From positions 9,355-73,354 of the forward strand of contig DUET01000064.1 in assembly GCA_011192015.1 (NCBI GenBank): a stretch of 64,000 nt of DNA, in the 5' to 3' direction. Position 1 is the stretch's first letter, and the number at the start of each line of letters is the position of its first letter. This DNA is from Anaerolineae bacterium (GTDB taxonomy: Bacteria > Chloroflexota > Anaerolineae > Anaerolineales > E44-bin32). The notes under the pieces are model-generated. The model saw nothing but the letters and a program-made list of their open reading frames with translations. It made no database searches and was not told the origin of the DNA. Below, in pieces: positions 10,311-22,656 of the stretch. Made by a program: the position numbers and the translations under genes.

Positions 10311-10904
10311 TCAAAACGATCTGCCGAGGTCGTAGGCTGTGGCGAGGTTCTCGTCCCGGTAGGTGTCGTCATCAGGCATCATCCCTCCGAGGATTTCCAT
10401 CCTGGCTTCTCGAACGCCCACGCCGAGCAGCCGGTCCTGGAGCATGATCCGCTCCATGCTCTCGGCGATGCCGATCTCCTCGAGATGCTCCACGGTGTGA
10501 CCAGCAGGGCAGATGACGATCGCCTTCTGCAGGTCGATTTCCGTCTTGCGTTCCTCGTTGTCGTCGTAGAAATATGCATACCCGTACGTAAGCACCCGGT
10601 CGAACCAGCCCTTGAGGATGGCGGGGCAGTCGCTCCACCAAACCGGGTAGATGAAAGCCAGGGCATCCGCACGGTTGATCTTTTCCTGCTCGGCACGGAC
10701 ATCCTCGGGGACCGGCACCGTGGGATCGAGCCCGACCTCGCGCTGGTATTGACTCAAATCCATGTTGGGTTCGAAGCCCATCCGGTAGAGATCGCCGATC
10801 TCAAAGCTGTGGCCCGCCTCCCGCAGACCCTGTGTGAAGCGGTCCAGGACGGCTCGATTGAACGATTCCCGGCTGGGATGAGCGAAGAGAATGTATACAT
10901 GCAT
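10311..10904 (-). CDS. NAD(P)H dehydrogenase (quinone), flavodoxin-like fold
   Basis: AHPSRESFN, DLY, YPVWWSDCPAILKGWFDRV. Confidence 0.9.
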   Translation of the reverse strand: MHVYILFAHPSRESFNRAVLDRFTQGLREAGHSFEIGDLYRMGFEPNMDLSQYQREVGLDPTVPVPEDVRAEQEKINRADALAFIYPVWWSDCPAILKGWFDRVLTYGYAYFYDDNEERKTEIDLQKAIVICPAGHTVEHLEEIGIAESMERIMLQDRLLGVGVREARMEILGGMMPDDDTYRDENLATAYDLGRSF

Positions 10905-11439
10905 GGAAGTTTTCCTCGGGAGTGTTCGTGCGCAGTGTTCGCACTGGAAGGATGGTATTGTTAATAACGCCTCACAGGGATCGTGTCAAGCGGGAAACAC
11001 CGGAGATATCGAGCAGGAGGAAAGCGAGCACAGACTGCAGGTCGTATGGATTGTCGGAACCAGCGGAACTCCGGCATGACGGGACCGGTCCAAGGATTGT
11101 CCTGATTCCCAGGCAGGAGGCGCCGGGGGAGCGCTTGCCCCCTCTACATTTTGCCCGGAATCCTTGATTCTGGGGCATGAACCTCGAGCGCTCTGCAGTT
11201 GTATCTGTGATGAAGGTCCTATTCAGCCGGTGAGACGGAAATGGTTTAATGGATCGGGGTAGGCATTTTGTTTGGGCTCACGTTGGTAAAGACAAGCAAA
11301 CTGGGGTCCTTGGCCAGCCGATGGCGCTAGCATTTCTCAACACAACCCCTGGTAAAATCGGCCAATAGGGCTGTTTTTTGACTCTCGCAACCGAGAAACT
11401 TCGCTGCGCCTGAAGCCAACCATCGATTGCGATCCAAGC

Positions 11440-13155
11440 ATGGGCGCAATCGACCCGGAGCCTGGAACAGTGACGAACCCCGGAATGGGGAAGAAGATGG
11501 CCGGATCGCATCTGGGAACGCTCCCGAGGCGGTGGGGATTGGCGCTCTTCCTAGGCCTAATCCTGACGCTATCCACGAGCTTCACGCCTGCGCGCAGTGA
11601 AGGTCTGCCGCGTGCATTGGATCACGGCGTGAATCCGCAAACCAACACGCTGTTCCAAGCTCCACAAACTAACCTCCTGTTCGAAAGCATCTCCCTCTCC
11701 AGTCCAAACACCTACCCGCTGAGTCTTCAGAGTACCCAACCTGCGAACTTCATTCCCACGGCCACCACATTCCGACATCCCTTGGCCGGAGCCCGTTTGA
11801 CTCAGAAATATGGCGCCCATCCGACCTGGAGGCAGGGCGATTCGGTCTGCTTCCACGTACCCAACCGCCTGACCTTCCATGCGGGCGAAGACTGGGCTGC
11901 CGACTTGAACACGCCCGTCCGCGCCGTGGCCAACGGCGTCGTCTACCGCTACCAAGCCTGGTACATCACCTACCCCGGACGCGTGGTGGTAATCGAACAC
12001 AATCTCGGCAACGGTGAGAAGGTCTACTCAATGTACGGGCATCTGGGCGATGTGAACGTGCATGAGGGAGAGGTGGTTTACAAGGGTCAGATCATCGGCA
12101 CGCAATTCGACAATGGCTATGACACGCATCTGCATTGGGAGATGAGATTTTTCGGTGACGGATCGGACATCTGCGGTTTCTACGCCGGTCCCGGCTACAC
12201 CTACCCCTGGCATCCGGATTACTTCGGCTACACTCATCCCTCCGAATTCATCGCCGACTACACCGCCCCGACCCTGACCGGCGGCCGAATGCTGGGAAAT
12301 GACGGCTCCCTCCTGACCGAACCGCTGCCCCTGACAAACCGGAGCCTCGAGGTCGTCGAACCCGGCGAGACGCGCCAGGCGGAAGACTACTGGGGTACTC
12401 TGGGGATGGACGCCGCCGGATCCAGACCGGATGCCTGCGAGGCTTCACGCGACACCGTCTTCTTGGTCGGATGGGATCAAGGCGATGCCGCCGAATACCT
12501 GGTTGACTTCCCGGACACCAACGAGACCTACAACCTGCACATCTTCGGCCTGCCGGACGATCCCGGCCCCGTAGAGGTCGAGATCTACGTCGACGGCAGG
12601 CTGATGGGGGAGGTTCAGTGGACCGGTGATGATCCTCACTGCAGCGTGGAGGGGAACGGCGGCAGCTTCGAGATCACCGGTTTCCAGGGCGTGCATGCCT
12701 TGGGCTTCCTGTTCGCCAACGATGCCATAACCTGCGGCGCGACGTATGACGACTCCTGCGATCGCAATTTCTGGTTCGATTCCTTCCGATTGGAGCGCGT
12801 CGGCACTCCCGCTCCGGTTGCGGCTGAACAGCTATCGACTAATAAAATCCATGGCACGGTTCTGGACGAAGCGTGGAACCGTCTGGTGGACGTACAGGTT
12901 GCCCTATGGTGCCAAACCACCGGGCAGTATCTCACCACACGCACGGATGCCAACGGCATCTTCCAGTTCAACGACATCGATCCGCACTGGAATTATGATC
13001 TGGCTGTGAACGCCGAGATTCTGGGCGACAACGGATCAAACAGTTTTTGGGAACAGTTGGACAGCACCCTCCCCTCGACCGTGCTCTACAACATCGAACT
13101 CGTCGACAGCGGCGACGGATGGTTCACAATCGATATTCAGTTGCTTGAGAACTGA
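11440..13155 (+). CDS. Secreted M23 peptidase with C-terminal beta-sandwich (CBM-like and carboxypeptidase-regulatory-like) domains; start uncertain
   Basis: Signal peptide; HAGED, YGHL and HLHWE M23 motifs; C-terminal TRTDANGIFQF. Confidence 0.75.
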   Translation: MGAIDPEPGTVTNPGMGKKMAGSHLGTLPRRWGLALFLGLILTLSTSFTPARSEGLPRALDHGVNPQTNTLFQAPQTNLLFESISLSSPNTYPLSLQSTQPANFIPTATTFRHPLAGARLTQKYGAHPTWRQGDSVCFHVPNRLTFHAGEDWAADLNTPVRAVANGVVYRYQAWYITYPGRVVVIEHNLGNGEKVYSMYGHLGDVNVHEGEVVYKGQIIGTQFDNGYDTHLHWEMRFFGDGSDICGFYAGPGYTYPWHPDYFGYTHPSEFIADYTAPTLTGGRMLGNDGSLLTEPLPLTNRSLEVVEPGETRQAEDYWGTLGMDAAGSRPDACEASRDTVFLVGWDQGDAAEYLVDFPDTNETYNLHIFGLPDDPGPVEVEIYVDGRLMGEVQWTGDDPHCSVEGNGGSFEITGFQGVHALGFLFANDAITCGATYDDSCDRNFWFDSFRLERVGTPAPVAAEQLSTNKIHGTVLDEAWNRLVDVQVALWCQTTGQYLTTRTDANGIFQFNDIDPHWNYDLAVNAEILGDNGSNSFWEQLDSTLPSTVLYNIELVDSGDGWFTIDIQLLEN

Positions 13156-13372
13156 CATATCCTGCCCAAATCGCGACATTCCCCAAACACTCATGCCCTC
13201 AACACTGGTCAATCCGTCACGATCATCCCACTGAGATGATCTTGCGTCTGCCGCGCCCACACGCGATCGAAGAAGTGGAGATGGGATTTACTGGTGTCTG
13301 AAATTCCTGGGAGAAGGGATGAACCCCTGTGATTCTCGGCCCCACTCGTCGTGGTCTCTTGAACCTTTATTC

Positions 13373-13978
13373 CTAATTCGCCTTTCGATCCCCGCGCACG
13401 AGGTAGATTGCCGGCAGGCTGAGGAGCGTCACAGCGCCCTTGAGCAGCACGTTGGCCCAGAAGATCGACCACACCACGCCGGCTTCGAACACGCCCCCGA
13501 AGGCCGCCCAGACGAAGATCAGACTGTCGAGCGGCACGCTGACGGCATTGCTCGTGAGCACGCGCATCCATTGGAAGCGGCGTGTGATGCGCGTCACCCA
13601 GAGCTGGTAGATCTCGGTGTCGATCAACTCGGAGACCAATTCAGCCACGATGGAGGCGATCACGATGCGCCACACCGGCGCCAGTACGGCGTCCCAGTCT
13701 GGCTGCGGTCCGGCTGCAGGGTCGTAGGGCATGCGGCTCACCACCCAGAAGAGACCCGCCATGGCCAGGTTGATCACGCCGGCGGCAACAATGAGCACGC
13801 GCGCGCCGCGCCTTCCAGCGACCTTGTGGACCAGGTCTCGCAGCGTGAAGGTCAGCGGGTAGATCAGCGTGCCGGCGTCCATCGAGAAGCCCAACAGGGG
13901 CACGATCTTCAGGCTGGTGATGTCGGCGAGCATCTGCGCGGCGATGTAGGCTGCGGAAACCAGGATCGTGGGGATCAT
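13373..13978 (-). CDS. yhhQ: Queuosine precursor transporter (VUT/YhhQ family)
   Basis: AGTLIYPLTFTLRDLV, RIVIASIVA, SNAVSVPLDSLIF. Confidence 0.85.
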   Translation of the reverse strand: MIPTILVSAAYIAAQMLADITSLKIVPLLGFSMDAGTLIYPLTFTLRDLVHKVAGRRGARVLIVAAGVINLAMAGLFWVVSRMPYDPAAGPQPDWDAVLAPVWRIVIASIVAELVSELIDTEIYQLWVTRITRRFQWMRVLTSNAVSVPLDSLIFVWAAFGGVFEAGVVWSIFWANVLLKGAVTLLSLPAIYLVRGDRKAN

Positions 13979-14028
13979 CGGAAAATTGCGCCTTTCTATC
14001 TTCTAAGTTCCAGGATCCGTAGATGGGA

Positions 14029-15114
14029 TCAAGAGTCCTTTTGAAGCATACTCCCTCCGGCCGCCAAGGCCAAGGAAATCTGGCGATCGATCTTGCCCAT
14101 GGGGTAATCGCCCAGGTGGGATATCTCCACCCAGCGGATCTCGGTGTGATCCAGCGCCTGAGGCTCGCCCTGCAACAAGCGGCATGTGAAGGCATGCACG
14201 GTGATGCGGAAATTCGTGTGGGCATGATCGTAGACGCCGATCTTCTCCGTCGGCTCAATCTGCACGCCCAACTCCTCCACCCATTCCCTGCGCAGGCAAG
14301 CTTCCAGGCTCTCCCCGGGTTCCAATCTTCCGCCCGGGAACTGCCACAGCCCTGCCAGGACTCCGCCCTCCGGCCTGCGTCCGATGAGCACCTTGCCGTC
14401 CCGGTGAAGGACTCCCACCGCCGCCGTCAGATGGGGAAGCGGCTTGCGAGACGCCCGCACCGGACGCTGCTCCTGAACCCCATGCTGGTTGGCGAGGCAG
14501 GCCGCTTCCAATGGGCACTCGGAACAGCGCGGCGCCCGCGGTCTGCATAGCTGCGAGCTGAGATCCATCAAGGCCTGGTTGAAGATCCCGGCCTGGCGCT
14601 CCGGCAGCGCAGCCATCCCGGCCTCTCGGATTCGCCTTTCGCCTTCCGAAGACTTGGCATCGATCTCCAGATCGATCAGCCTTGCGAGCACGCGCCGCAG
14701 GTTGCCGTCCAGCGCCAGCACATCGTGGTCGTAGGCGATGGCGGCGACGGCAGCTGCCGTGTAGCGCCCGATGCCGGGAAGCTTCTCCAAATCCTTCAAG
14801 TCGGAGGGTAGTAGCCCCCCATGGTCTTCGACTACACGCTGCGCGGCCTGGTGAAGATGGTGCGCCCGGCGATAATAACCAAGGCCCTCCCAATGCGCCA
14901 GCACCTGCTCCCTCGGCGCGTCCGCCAGCGCTTCGATCGTCGGAAAACTCGCCATCCAGCGTTCGTAGTAGGGGATCACGGTCTCGACGCGCGTCTGCTG
15001 CAGCATCACTTCCGCGATCCAGATGGCATACGGATCGCGCGTTTTCCGCCATGGGAGATCACGCGCATGCTCCTCGTACCAGACCAGTAACTTCTGCGTC
15101 CACTCAGCAGGCAT
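14029..15114 (-). CDS. mutY: A/G-specific adenine glycosylase with C-terminal Nudix domain
   Basis: RDLPWR, EVMLQQT, WEGLGYY; HhH LPGIGRYTA; DGN; Fe-S motif CRPRAPRCSECPLEAAC. Confidence 0.95.
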   Translation of the reverse strand: MPAEWTQKLLVWYEEHARDLPWRKTRDPYAIWIAEVMLQQTRVETVIPYYERWMASFPTIEALADAPREQVLAHWEGLGYYRRAHHLHQAAQRVVEDHGGLLPSDLKDLEKLPGIGRYTAAAVAAIAYDHDVLALDGNLRRVLARLIDLEIDAKSSEGERRIREAGMAALPERQAGIFNQALMDLSSQLCRPRAPRCSECPLEAACLANQHGVQEQRPVRASRKPLPHLTAAVGVLHRDGKVLIGRRPEGGVLAGLWQFPGGRLEPGESLEACLRREWVEELGVQIEPTEKIGVYDHAHTNFRITVHAFTCRLLQGEPQALDHTEIRWVEISHLGDYPMGKIDRQISLALAAGGSMLQKDS

Positions 15115-15325
15115 GAGGGCATTGTACCCGCATTCGCAGCCCCTTCCACGCCTGGGAAACGTTTTGCAGCGAATGACCTGTACCTACGTCACGGGCTGAT
15201 CTCATGCGCCAATGGAGTAGGATTCAAACGTGATTCTGATGCTCCGTTGGGATACTGCATGCATGCCGGATGATATAATGCCGGCTGACAGCGTTTCCGA
15301 GCGGAACGCTTCAAGGAAGGTTATC

Positions 15326-17809
<2,484 letters not shown>

Positions 17810-17830
17810 CCGAACCTCAATAGGAAACCC

Positions 17831-17864
17831 AAACCGCTCCGACGACGTCGGAGCGGTTTTCTTT
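17831..17864 (+). terminator. Intrinsic terminator (possibly bidirectional)
   Basis: AAACCGCTCCGAC-GAC-GTCGGAGCGGTTT followed by TCTTT. Confidence 0.85.
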
Positions 17865-17882
17865 GGCGTGGATAAGCATCCA

Positions 17883-19619
17883 TCAGCCCACCTTCACAGC
17901 TTCCTTCGTCTCCACAGCATGAGCTATCAAATCGCTGGCGCTCTCGAGATTTGCCGGGCTGACACCTCCCAGCATCAACGCCAGTTCAGCGACGCGCTTG
18001 TCTCCGGATAATGGAATCGCCTGAGCCAGCGAACGCCCTGCTTCGACGTGCTTCTCAACTTTGAAGTGTTGATCGCCAAAGGCTGCAAGTTGGGGTAGAT
18101 GCGTGACGCACAATACCTGATGGCTTGCCGCCAGTCCCCAGAGCTTTTGCCCGACGATGGCCCCCACTCTTCCACCGATCCCCTGGTCAATCTCGTCGAA
18201 GATCAATGTCGGCGTGCGATCCTGCTGGGCAAGCACGCTCTTCAAGCCCAACATCATGCGTGAAGTTTCGCCGCCGGAAGCGATCTTCACCAACGGTTTG
18301 AGCCCCTCTCCAGGATTGGGGGCTATCAGAAACTCCAATTGATCCAAGCCGGTTGGACCGAAGGAGTAGCGCTCTTCTCCCACTGGCGCGCCGGCTGGAT
18401 CCGGTTCCCAGCGGAAATCGGTGTTGAAGCGAGCCCCGGCCATCTGCAGATCCTTCAGTTCCATTTCAATGGCTTCCGCCAACTGGTCGCCTGCGCCTCT
18501 GCGCATCTGCGAGAGCTGCTCGCCGAGATCTCCCAGTTGCTCCAACAGCCCGGCCTCCCGTTGCGCTAATTCCTGGATACGCTCCTCGGCATGGATGATG
18601 GTTTCAAGTTCCTTCCTGGCCTGGTCGGCCTGCTCCAGCACCGCATGTATCCCCTCGCCATACTTCCGCTCCAGGGAACGGATCAATCCCAGCCGCTCTT
18701 CGACCTGATCCAACCTGGCGGGATTGAATTCGACCTCCTCCCGGTACAACCGCAGTCGTTTGGAGAGATCTTGGAGTTGCTCGAGCAGCGCCTGCGCCTC
18801 CAGGTTCAAGGGCTCCATGCTGGCATCGACCTTGGCCAATCTTTCGAGGCTGGCCACGCTCTCACCAAGCAGATCGGAGGCCGATCTCTCTCCGTGGTGT
18901 CCGACCACCAGGGCTTCGATCCCGGCCTCCGCAAGCGTCGCCAACTGCTCGGCGTTCGCCAAGCGTGTACGCTCTTCGACCAGCTCCTTATCTTCCCCGG
19001 GACGCAGTGCAACTGCTTCGATTTCCTGAATCTGGAACTCCAGCAGCTCCGCCTTCCGGGCAGCGTCACGTTCTCGCTGCCGCAGTTCTGCGAGTTCAAC
19101 CTGCACGTGCCCAAGATCTCGATACAGCCCAGCGAAATCATCCCTTAGTTTCTCAGCCCGCGCGTAGCGATCCAGAAGGTTGATGTGTTCCCGGACCCTG
19201 AGCAGACTCAGATGCTCGGATTGGCCGTGCACATCGACCAAGAGCTCCCCGATCGTCCTCATGGTGCTCAAATTGACGGTACGCCCATTCACACGGCAGA
19301 TGTTGCGTCCCTCAAGACGAATTTCCCGGCCCAGGGATAAAACCTCTGGCTCGTCGAGCAGCCCTTCCTGCTCCAGAAATGGATTCAACGCATGCTGGAC
19401 ATAGGCGTTCATCTGGAAGGTCCCTTCGATGATCGCCGCCTTGGCATCCGTGCGCACCATAGCGCTCTCGGCTCTGCCTCCGAGCAGCAGTTCCACGGCG
19501 TCTATGATGATCGACTTGCCGGCCCCGGTTTCACCCGTGAAGACCACAAAGCCCGGCTCCAAGAAGAGCTCGAGCTCATGGATGATGGCAAAATCCCGGA
19601 TCCGTAACTCTCTCAACAT
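17883..19619 (-). CDS. recN: DNA repair protein RecN
   Basis: TGETGAGKS, HGQ, ASGGE, FDEID, THLPQLAA. Confidence 0.97.
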   Translation of the reverse strand: MLRELRIRDFAIIHELELFLEPGFVVFTGETGAGKSIIIDAVELLLGGRAESAMVRTDAKAAIIEGTFQMNAYVQHALNPFLEQEGLLDEPEVLSLGREIRLEGRNICRVNGRTVNLSTMRTIGELLVDVHGQSEHLSLLRVREHINLLDRYARAEKLRDDFAGLYRDLGHVQVELAELRQRERDAARKAELLEFQIQEIEAVALRPGEDKELVEERTRLANAEQLATLAEAGIEALVVGHHGERSASDLLGESVASLERLAKVDASMEPLNLEAQALLEQLQDLSKRLRLYREEVEFNPARLDQVEERLGLIRSLERKYGEGIHAVLEQADQARKELETIIHAEERIQELAQREAGLLEQLGDLGEQLSQMRRGAGDQLAEAIEMELKDLQMAGARFNTDFRWEPDPAGAPVGEERYSFGPTGLDQLEFLIAPNPGEGLKPLVKIASGGETSRMMLGLKSVLAQQDRTPTLIFDEIDQGIGGRVGAIVGQKLWGLAASHQVLCVTHLPQLAAFGDQHFKVEKHVEAGRSLAQAIPLSGDKRVAELALMLGGVSPANLESASDLIAHAVETKEAVKVG

Positions 19620-19629
19620 GACTTCGAAC

Positions 19630-20178
19630 CTACGTCCTTATTGCCCTCAAACGCATGTACAGGATCGTGATGACCAGGGCTCCATGCCCCAGCGGCCACA
19701 GAATCGAAACCAAATTCCTACCTACCCAAGCCAGGTTCAGACTTCCCTGTGTCAGCAGTGCCGCCAACAACGGCCCGAAAGCATATCCGATGTAGATCAA
19801 CACGCCCAGAGCGCCTCCGATTGCGGCGGTCAGGGGCAAATTGCGGCTTCGCCTGCGGCGAACCGCGGTGCGAATGCCTTCCGCCAAGCCGCCTCCCATC
19901 ACGGGGGCGAGGAAGAAGCCCCAGAAGCCGAGGAAGCCCAGCAGGAAGGTCCCCAAGCCCACGCCTACCAATCCCAGAACGGCGGCGATGGCGTAATCGA
20001 ACCCAATTGCTGTCTCGAATACCTGCTGCTGCCCTCGAACGCAGGCCGGGCAGCGATATCCCACAGGTGTCTGAATGGCACAGCTCGTACAGATCGGCTG
20101 CCCGCATCGATTACAACGCAAGGTGGTCTCGCGATCGGGATGATTGATGCACGTGAGAATCTGCTCGGACACGATCAT
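19630..20178 (-). CDS. B-box-type zinc finger membrane protein
   Basis: CINHPDRETTLRCNRCGQPICTSC..GYRCPAC followed by about 4 TM helices. Confidence 0.75.
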   Translation of the reverse strand: MIVSEQILTCINHPDRETTLRCNRCGQPICTSCAIQTPVGYRCPACVRGQQQVFETAIGFDYAIAAVLGLVGVGLGTFLLGFLGFWGFFLAPVMGGGLAEGIRTAVRRRRSRNLPLTAAIGGALGVLIYIGYAFGPLLAALLTQGSLNLAWVGRNLVSILWPLGHGALVITILYMRLRAIRT

Positions 20179-21038
20179 CCTTTCGCCGATGGATTCTGGT
20201 TCATGCGGGAAGTCAGATTTTGATAGAAATAACTCGGATCGCGCAGGCGTGCGAACAACGTGCTGTGCTCGCTGGCGCGCACGACCACGTGATCCTCATC
20301 CTGGAGTGGTACCGGAGCCTGCCCATCTGCGCTGAGGATGGCCTGATGATCGGTTCGAATGGTGATGCGCACCCAAGAACCCTCATGGAGCACAACCGCC
20401 CGATCGACCGAGAGATGCGGAGCTACGGGAACGATGAGGATGTTGCGCAGTTCCGGAGGCAGAATGGGGCCGCCGGCAGCCAGCGCATAGGCCGTCGATC
20501 CCGTTGGGGTCGCTGTGATCAACCCGTCGGCAACATAAGTCGTCAGATGCCGGCCGTCGACCTCCGCCAGCAAGCGCACGGGGCGCACGATCTCCCCACG
20601 TCCCACGAAGCATTCATTCAGGACCACCCACGTGCCCAAGATCTTGCCGTTCCGCTCCTGTTCGGCCTTGAGCATCATGCGTTCTTCGAGCCAATACTCC
20701 CCCTTCAAGACGCGCTCCATGACCTGCTGCCAATCCCCCCGTTCAACCTCGACAAGAAATCCAAATCGTCCCAGATTGATTCCCAAGATGGGAACCTGCT
20801 GCGGTGCGCAGATGTGGCCGGCGCGCAACATCGTGCCATCCCCACCCACGGCGATGAAGAACTCGAACGCTCCCGAGCGCACTTGCTCACATAACTCCTG
20901 GTCGATGAGGGTGCCATGGGCAACCTCGATCTTGCGCTCGCGCAGATAAGCCGCAATCTCGGATGCCAATGCAGGCGCTTCCTTCATCCGATGATGGGCA
21001 ACGACGGCAATGCTCCGGGGAGGATTATGATGGCTCAT
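20175..21038 (-). CDS. nadK: NAD(+) kinase
   Basis: GGDGT, GINLGRFGFL, LNE, DGLITATPTGSTAYALAAGGP. Confidence 0.95.
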   Translation of the reverse strand: MSHHNPPRSIAVVAHHRMKEAPALASEIAAYLRERKIEVAHGTLIDQELCEQVRSGAFEFFIAVGGDGTMLRAGHICAPQQVPILGINLGRFGFLVEVERGDWQQVMERVLKGEYWLEERMMLKAEQERNGKILGTWVVLNECFVGRGEIVRPVRLLAEVDGRHLTTYVADGLITATPTGSTAYALAAGGPILPPELRNILIVPVAPHLSVDRAVVLHEGSWVRITIRTDHQAILSADGQAPVPLQDEDHVVVRASEHSTLFARLRDPSYFYQNLTSRMNQNPSAKG

Positions 21039-21117
21039 GGGAAGTATTATAGCGGAGACGGATCAAAAGGACTTCGTTCACAGCATCCACTGGTCAAAAT
21101 CCACACGCTATCGACAG

Positions 21118-21753
21118 TCAGGATCGGTTTAACTTCTTTTCAACAGCAAGCATCGCCGATCTGAGCTCACGCCTCTGGAAGCTGGTCGTCAGATCACCCC
21201 GCGTGCGCTCGGTTACACCACGCACCATGTCGTTGAGACGACGCAGATTGCCCGTGATCGCATCCGGGAAATCGATCGTCACGAGCAATCCATAAATATC
21301 GTCCATGATGGAAAGCAATCTCTCGGCTTCCTCGATTTCGTCATGTCGCAGCAGATCCAAGCTTCGACGACGCAGCTCACCGACAGTCTCCGCCAATCCT
21401 CCCAAGTAGGCCACGTATTCCACGCCTAACGCATCCGGATCAGGCAGCGGCTCCCCGCAGACGAGAGCGAAGGTAATGCAGGCTTCAGCGTATTCCTTGA
21501 ACGCGTCGCGCGTGTATCCGGCATGGTAAAGGTCGGGATATGCAGAGAGATCTTGTTGCAGCGTCTTCACCAGTTCATTGGCGGATTGGATGTGTTCCTC
21601 TGCGACCTTCCGGTCGTTGCGATGGACCGCTCGTATGGCCATGGAACAATGCCGGATCAAGGTTCGAGAATGCTTCAGCGCACCGTCCCGCGCGGCGTTC
21701 TTCTCCTCCAGGTGCTTGCGTATCTGTTCTCCGATTGCATCCAGTTTATCCAT
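21118..21753 (-). CDS. Translin/TRAX-family protein
   Basis: All-helical 211 aa with KEYAEA and YLGGLAETVGELRR motifs (cf. TRAX QEYVEA / YLLGxADxxGELMR) and LRRxxD. Confidence 0.8.
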   Translation of the reverse strand: MDKLDAIGEQIRKHLEEKNAARDGALKHSRTLIRHCSMAIRAVHRNDRKVAEEHIQSANELVKTLQQDLSAYPDLYHAGYTRDAFKEYAEACITFALVCGEPLPDPDALGVEYVAYLGGLAETVGELRRRSLDLLRHDEIEEAERLLSIMDDIYGLLVTIDFPDAITGNLRRLNDMVRGVTERTRGDLTTSFQRRELRSAMLAVEKKLNRS

Positions 21754-21758
21754 CTCCG

Positions 21759-22097
21759 CTACTCGCTATCCGGGGATTCGGGCGAGGGGGGACGGAAGAG
21801 TTGGTCTGCGAGGCTTGGCCCGGGTCCGGAAATATCGATCTCACCATACTGCGTCTCGAAACGCCCCATATGCTCCTGAATCGCTCGCAGCAACAATTTC
21901 GCGTTGCGAGGCGTCATGATCACCCGCGCCTGCACTTTCGCCTCCGGGATCTGCGGCATGACCTGAGCCAGGTCGATCACGATCTCCGAGGGGGAGTTCG
22001 TAATCATGGCAAAATTGCTGTAGATGGGTTCGAGATCCTTCGGAAGGTGCACCCGCACGCGAGCCGCGGTTTTAGGTTTCTTGGGTTGATCTGCCAT
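21759..22097 (-). CDS. DUF3467 domain protein
   Basis: YSNFAMITNSPSEIVIDL...RVIMTPRNAK...FETQYGEI. Confidence 0.85.
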   Translation of the reverse strand: MADQPKKPKTAARVRVHLPKDLEPIYSNFAMITNSPSEIVIDLAQVMPQIPEAKVQARVIMTPRNAKLLLRAIQEHMGRFETQYGEIDISGPGPSLADQLFRPPSPESPDSE

Positions 22098-22119
22098 GGA
22101 ACACTCCACATAGGATCAT

Positions 22120-22150
22120 GCCCTCAGCCGGCATGCTGTCGGCTGAGGGC
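22120..22150 (-). other. Strong hairpin after ssb without a U-tract
   Basis: GCCCTCAGCCG...CGGCTGAGGGC. Confidence 0.6.
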
Positions 22151-22166
22151 AATCGTATGGAATGGA

Positions 22167-22577
22167 TCAGAAGGGGATGTCGTCCTCAGATTCAGGCGCG
22201 CTTGGACCGCCTTCAAAGTCGACATCAGCATCATCGCGCCCGCCGAGGAAACGCACCGTCTGAGCATTGACCTCAAACGAGGCTCCGGGTGTGCCGTCCT
22301 GGCGCGTCCAAATTCTGGGGTTGCCGTTCTCATCTCCGATCAGGCGCCCTTCGACCAGCACCTGCCGTCCTTTGCGCAGGTATTGATGGCAGCTCTCTGC
22401 CTGTCGGCCCCAAACGGAGACCCGGAACCACACTGTCTCCTTGACTTGCTCGCCACTGCTGTCTGTATACGTGCGATTGGTGGCCACAGACAGATTCGTA
22501 ACGGCTTGTCCGCTCGGCGTGTAGCGCATTTCGGGATCACGCCCGAGGTTGCCAGCAAGAACGATTCTCTGATACAT
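22167..22577 (-). CDS. ssb: Single-stranded DNA-binding protein
   Basis: LAGNLGRDPEMRYTPSG; C-terminal DDIPF. Confidence 0.97.
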   Translation of the reverse strand: MYQRIVLAGNLGRDPEMRYTPSGQAVTNLSVATNRTYTDSSGEQVKETVWFRVSVWGRQAESCHQYLRKGRQVLVEGRLIGDENGNPRIWTRQDGTPGASFEVNAQTVRFLGGRDDADVDFEGGPSAPESEDDIPF

Positions 22578-22656
22578 GGGGAATATCCTTTCCGATGGGG
22601 GCAATCTATCGTTCTGACCCGGGTGGTCAGTGCAGTGTACAGTTGCCCAACGGTCT

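Noticed and set aside
11010-11030. RNase P-like GAGGAAAG motif
   Set aside because: Not followed by TCC, and no 3' AACAGAA..CGGC motif.
13979-14028. preQ1 riboswitch upstream of yhhQ
   Set aside because: Only a 50 bp gap after mutY, with no recognisable aptamer.
15124-15135. Possible SOS box at mutY (GTAC-CCGC-ATTC)
   Set aside because: Mismatch in the conserved half-site; too weak without comparative support.
15115-15325. CIRCE/CtsR heat-shock operator before clpC
   Set aside because: No TTAGCACTC-N9-GAGTGCTAA or GTCAAA repeat was seen.
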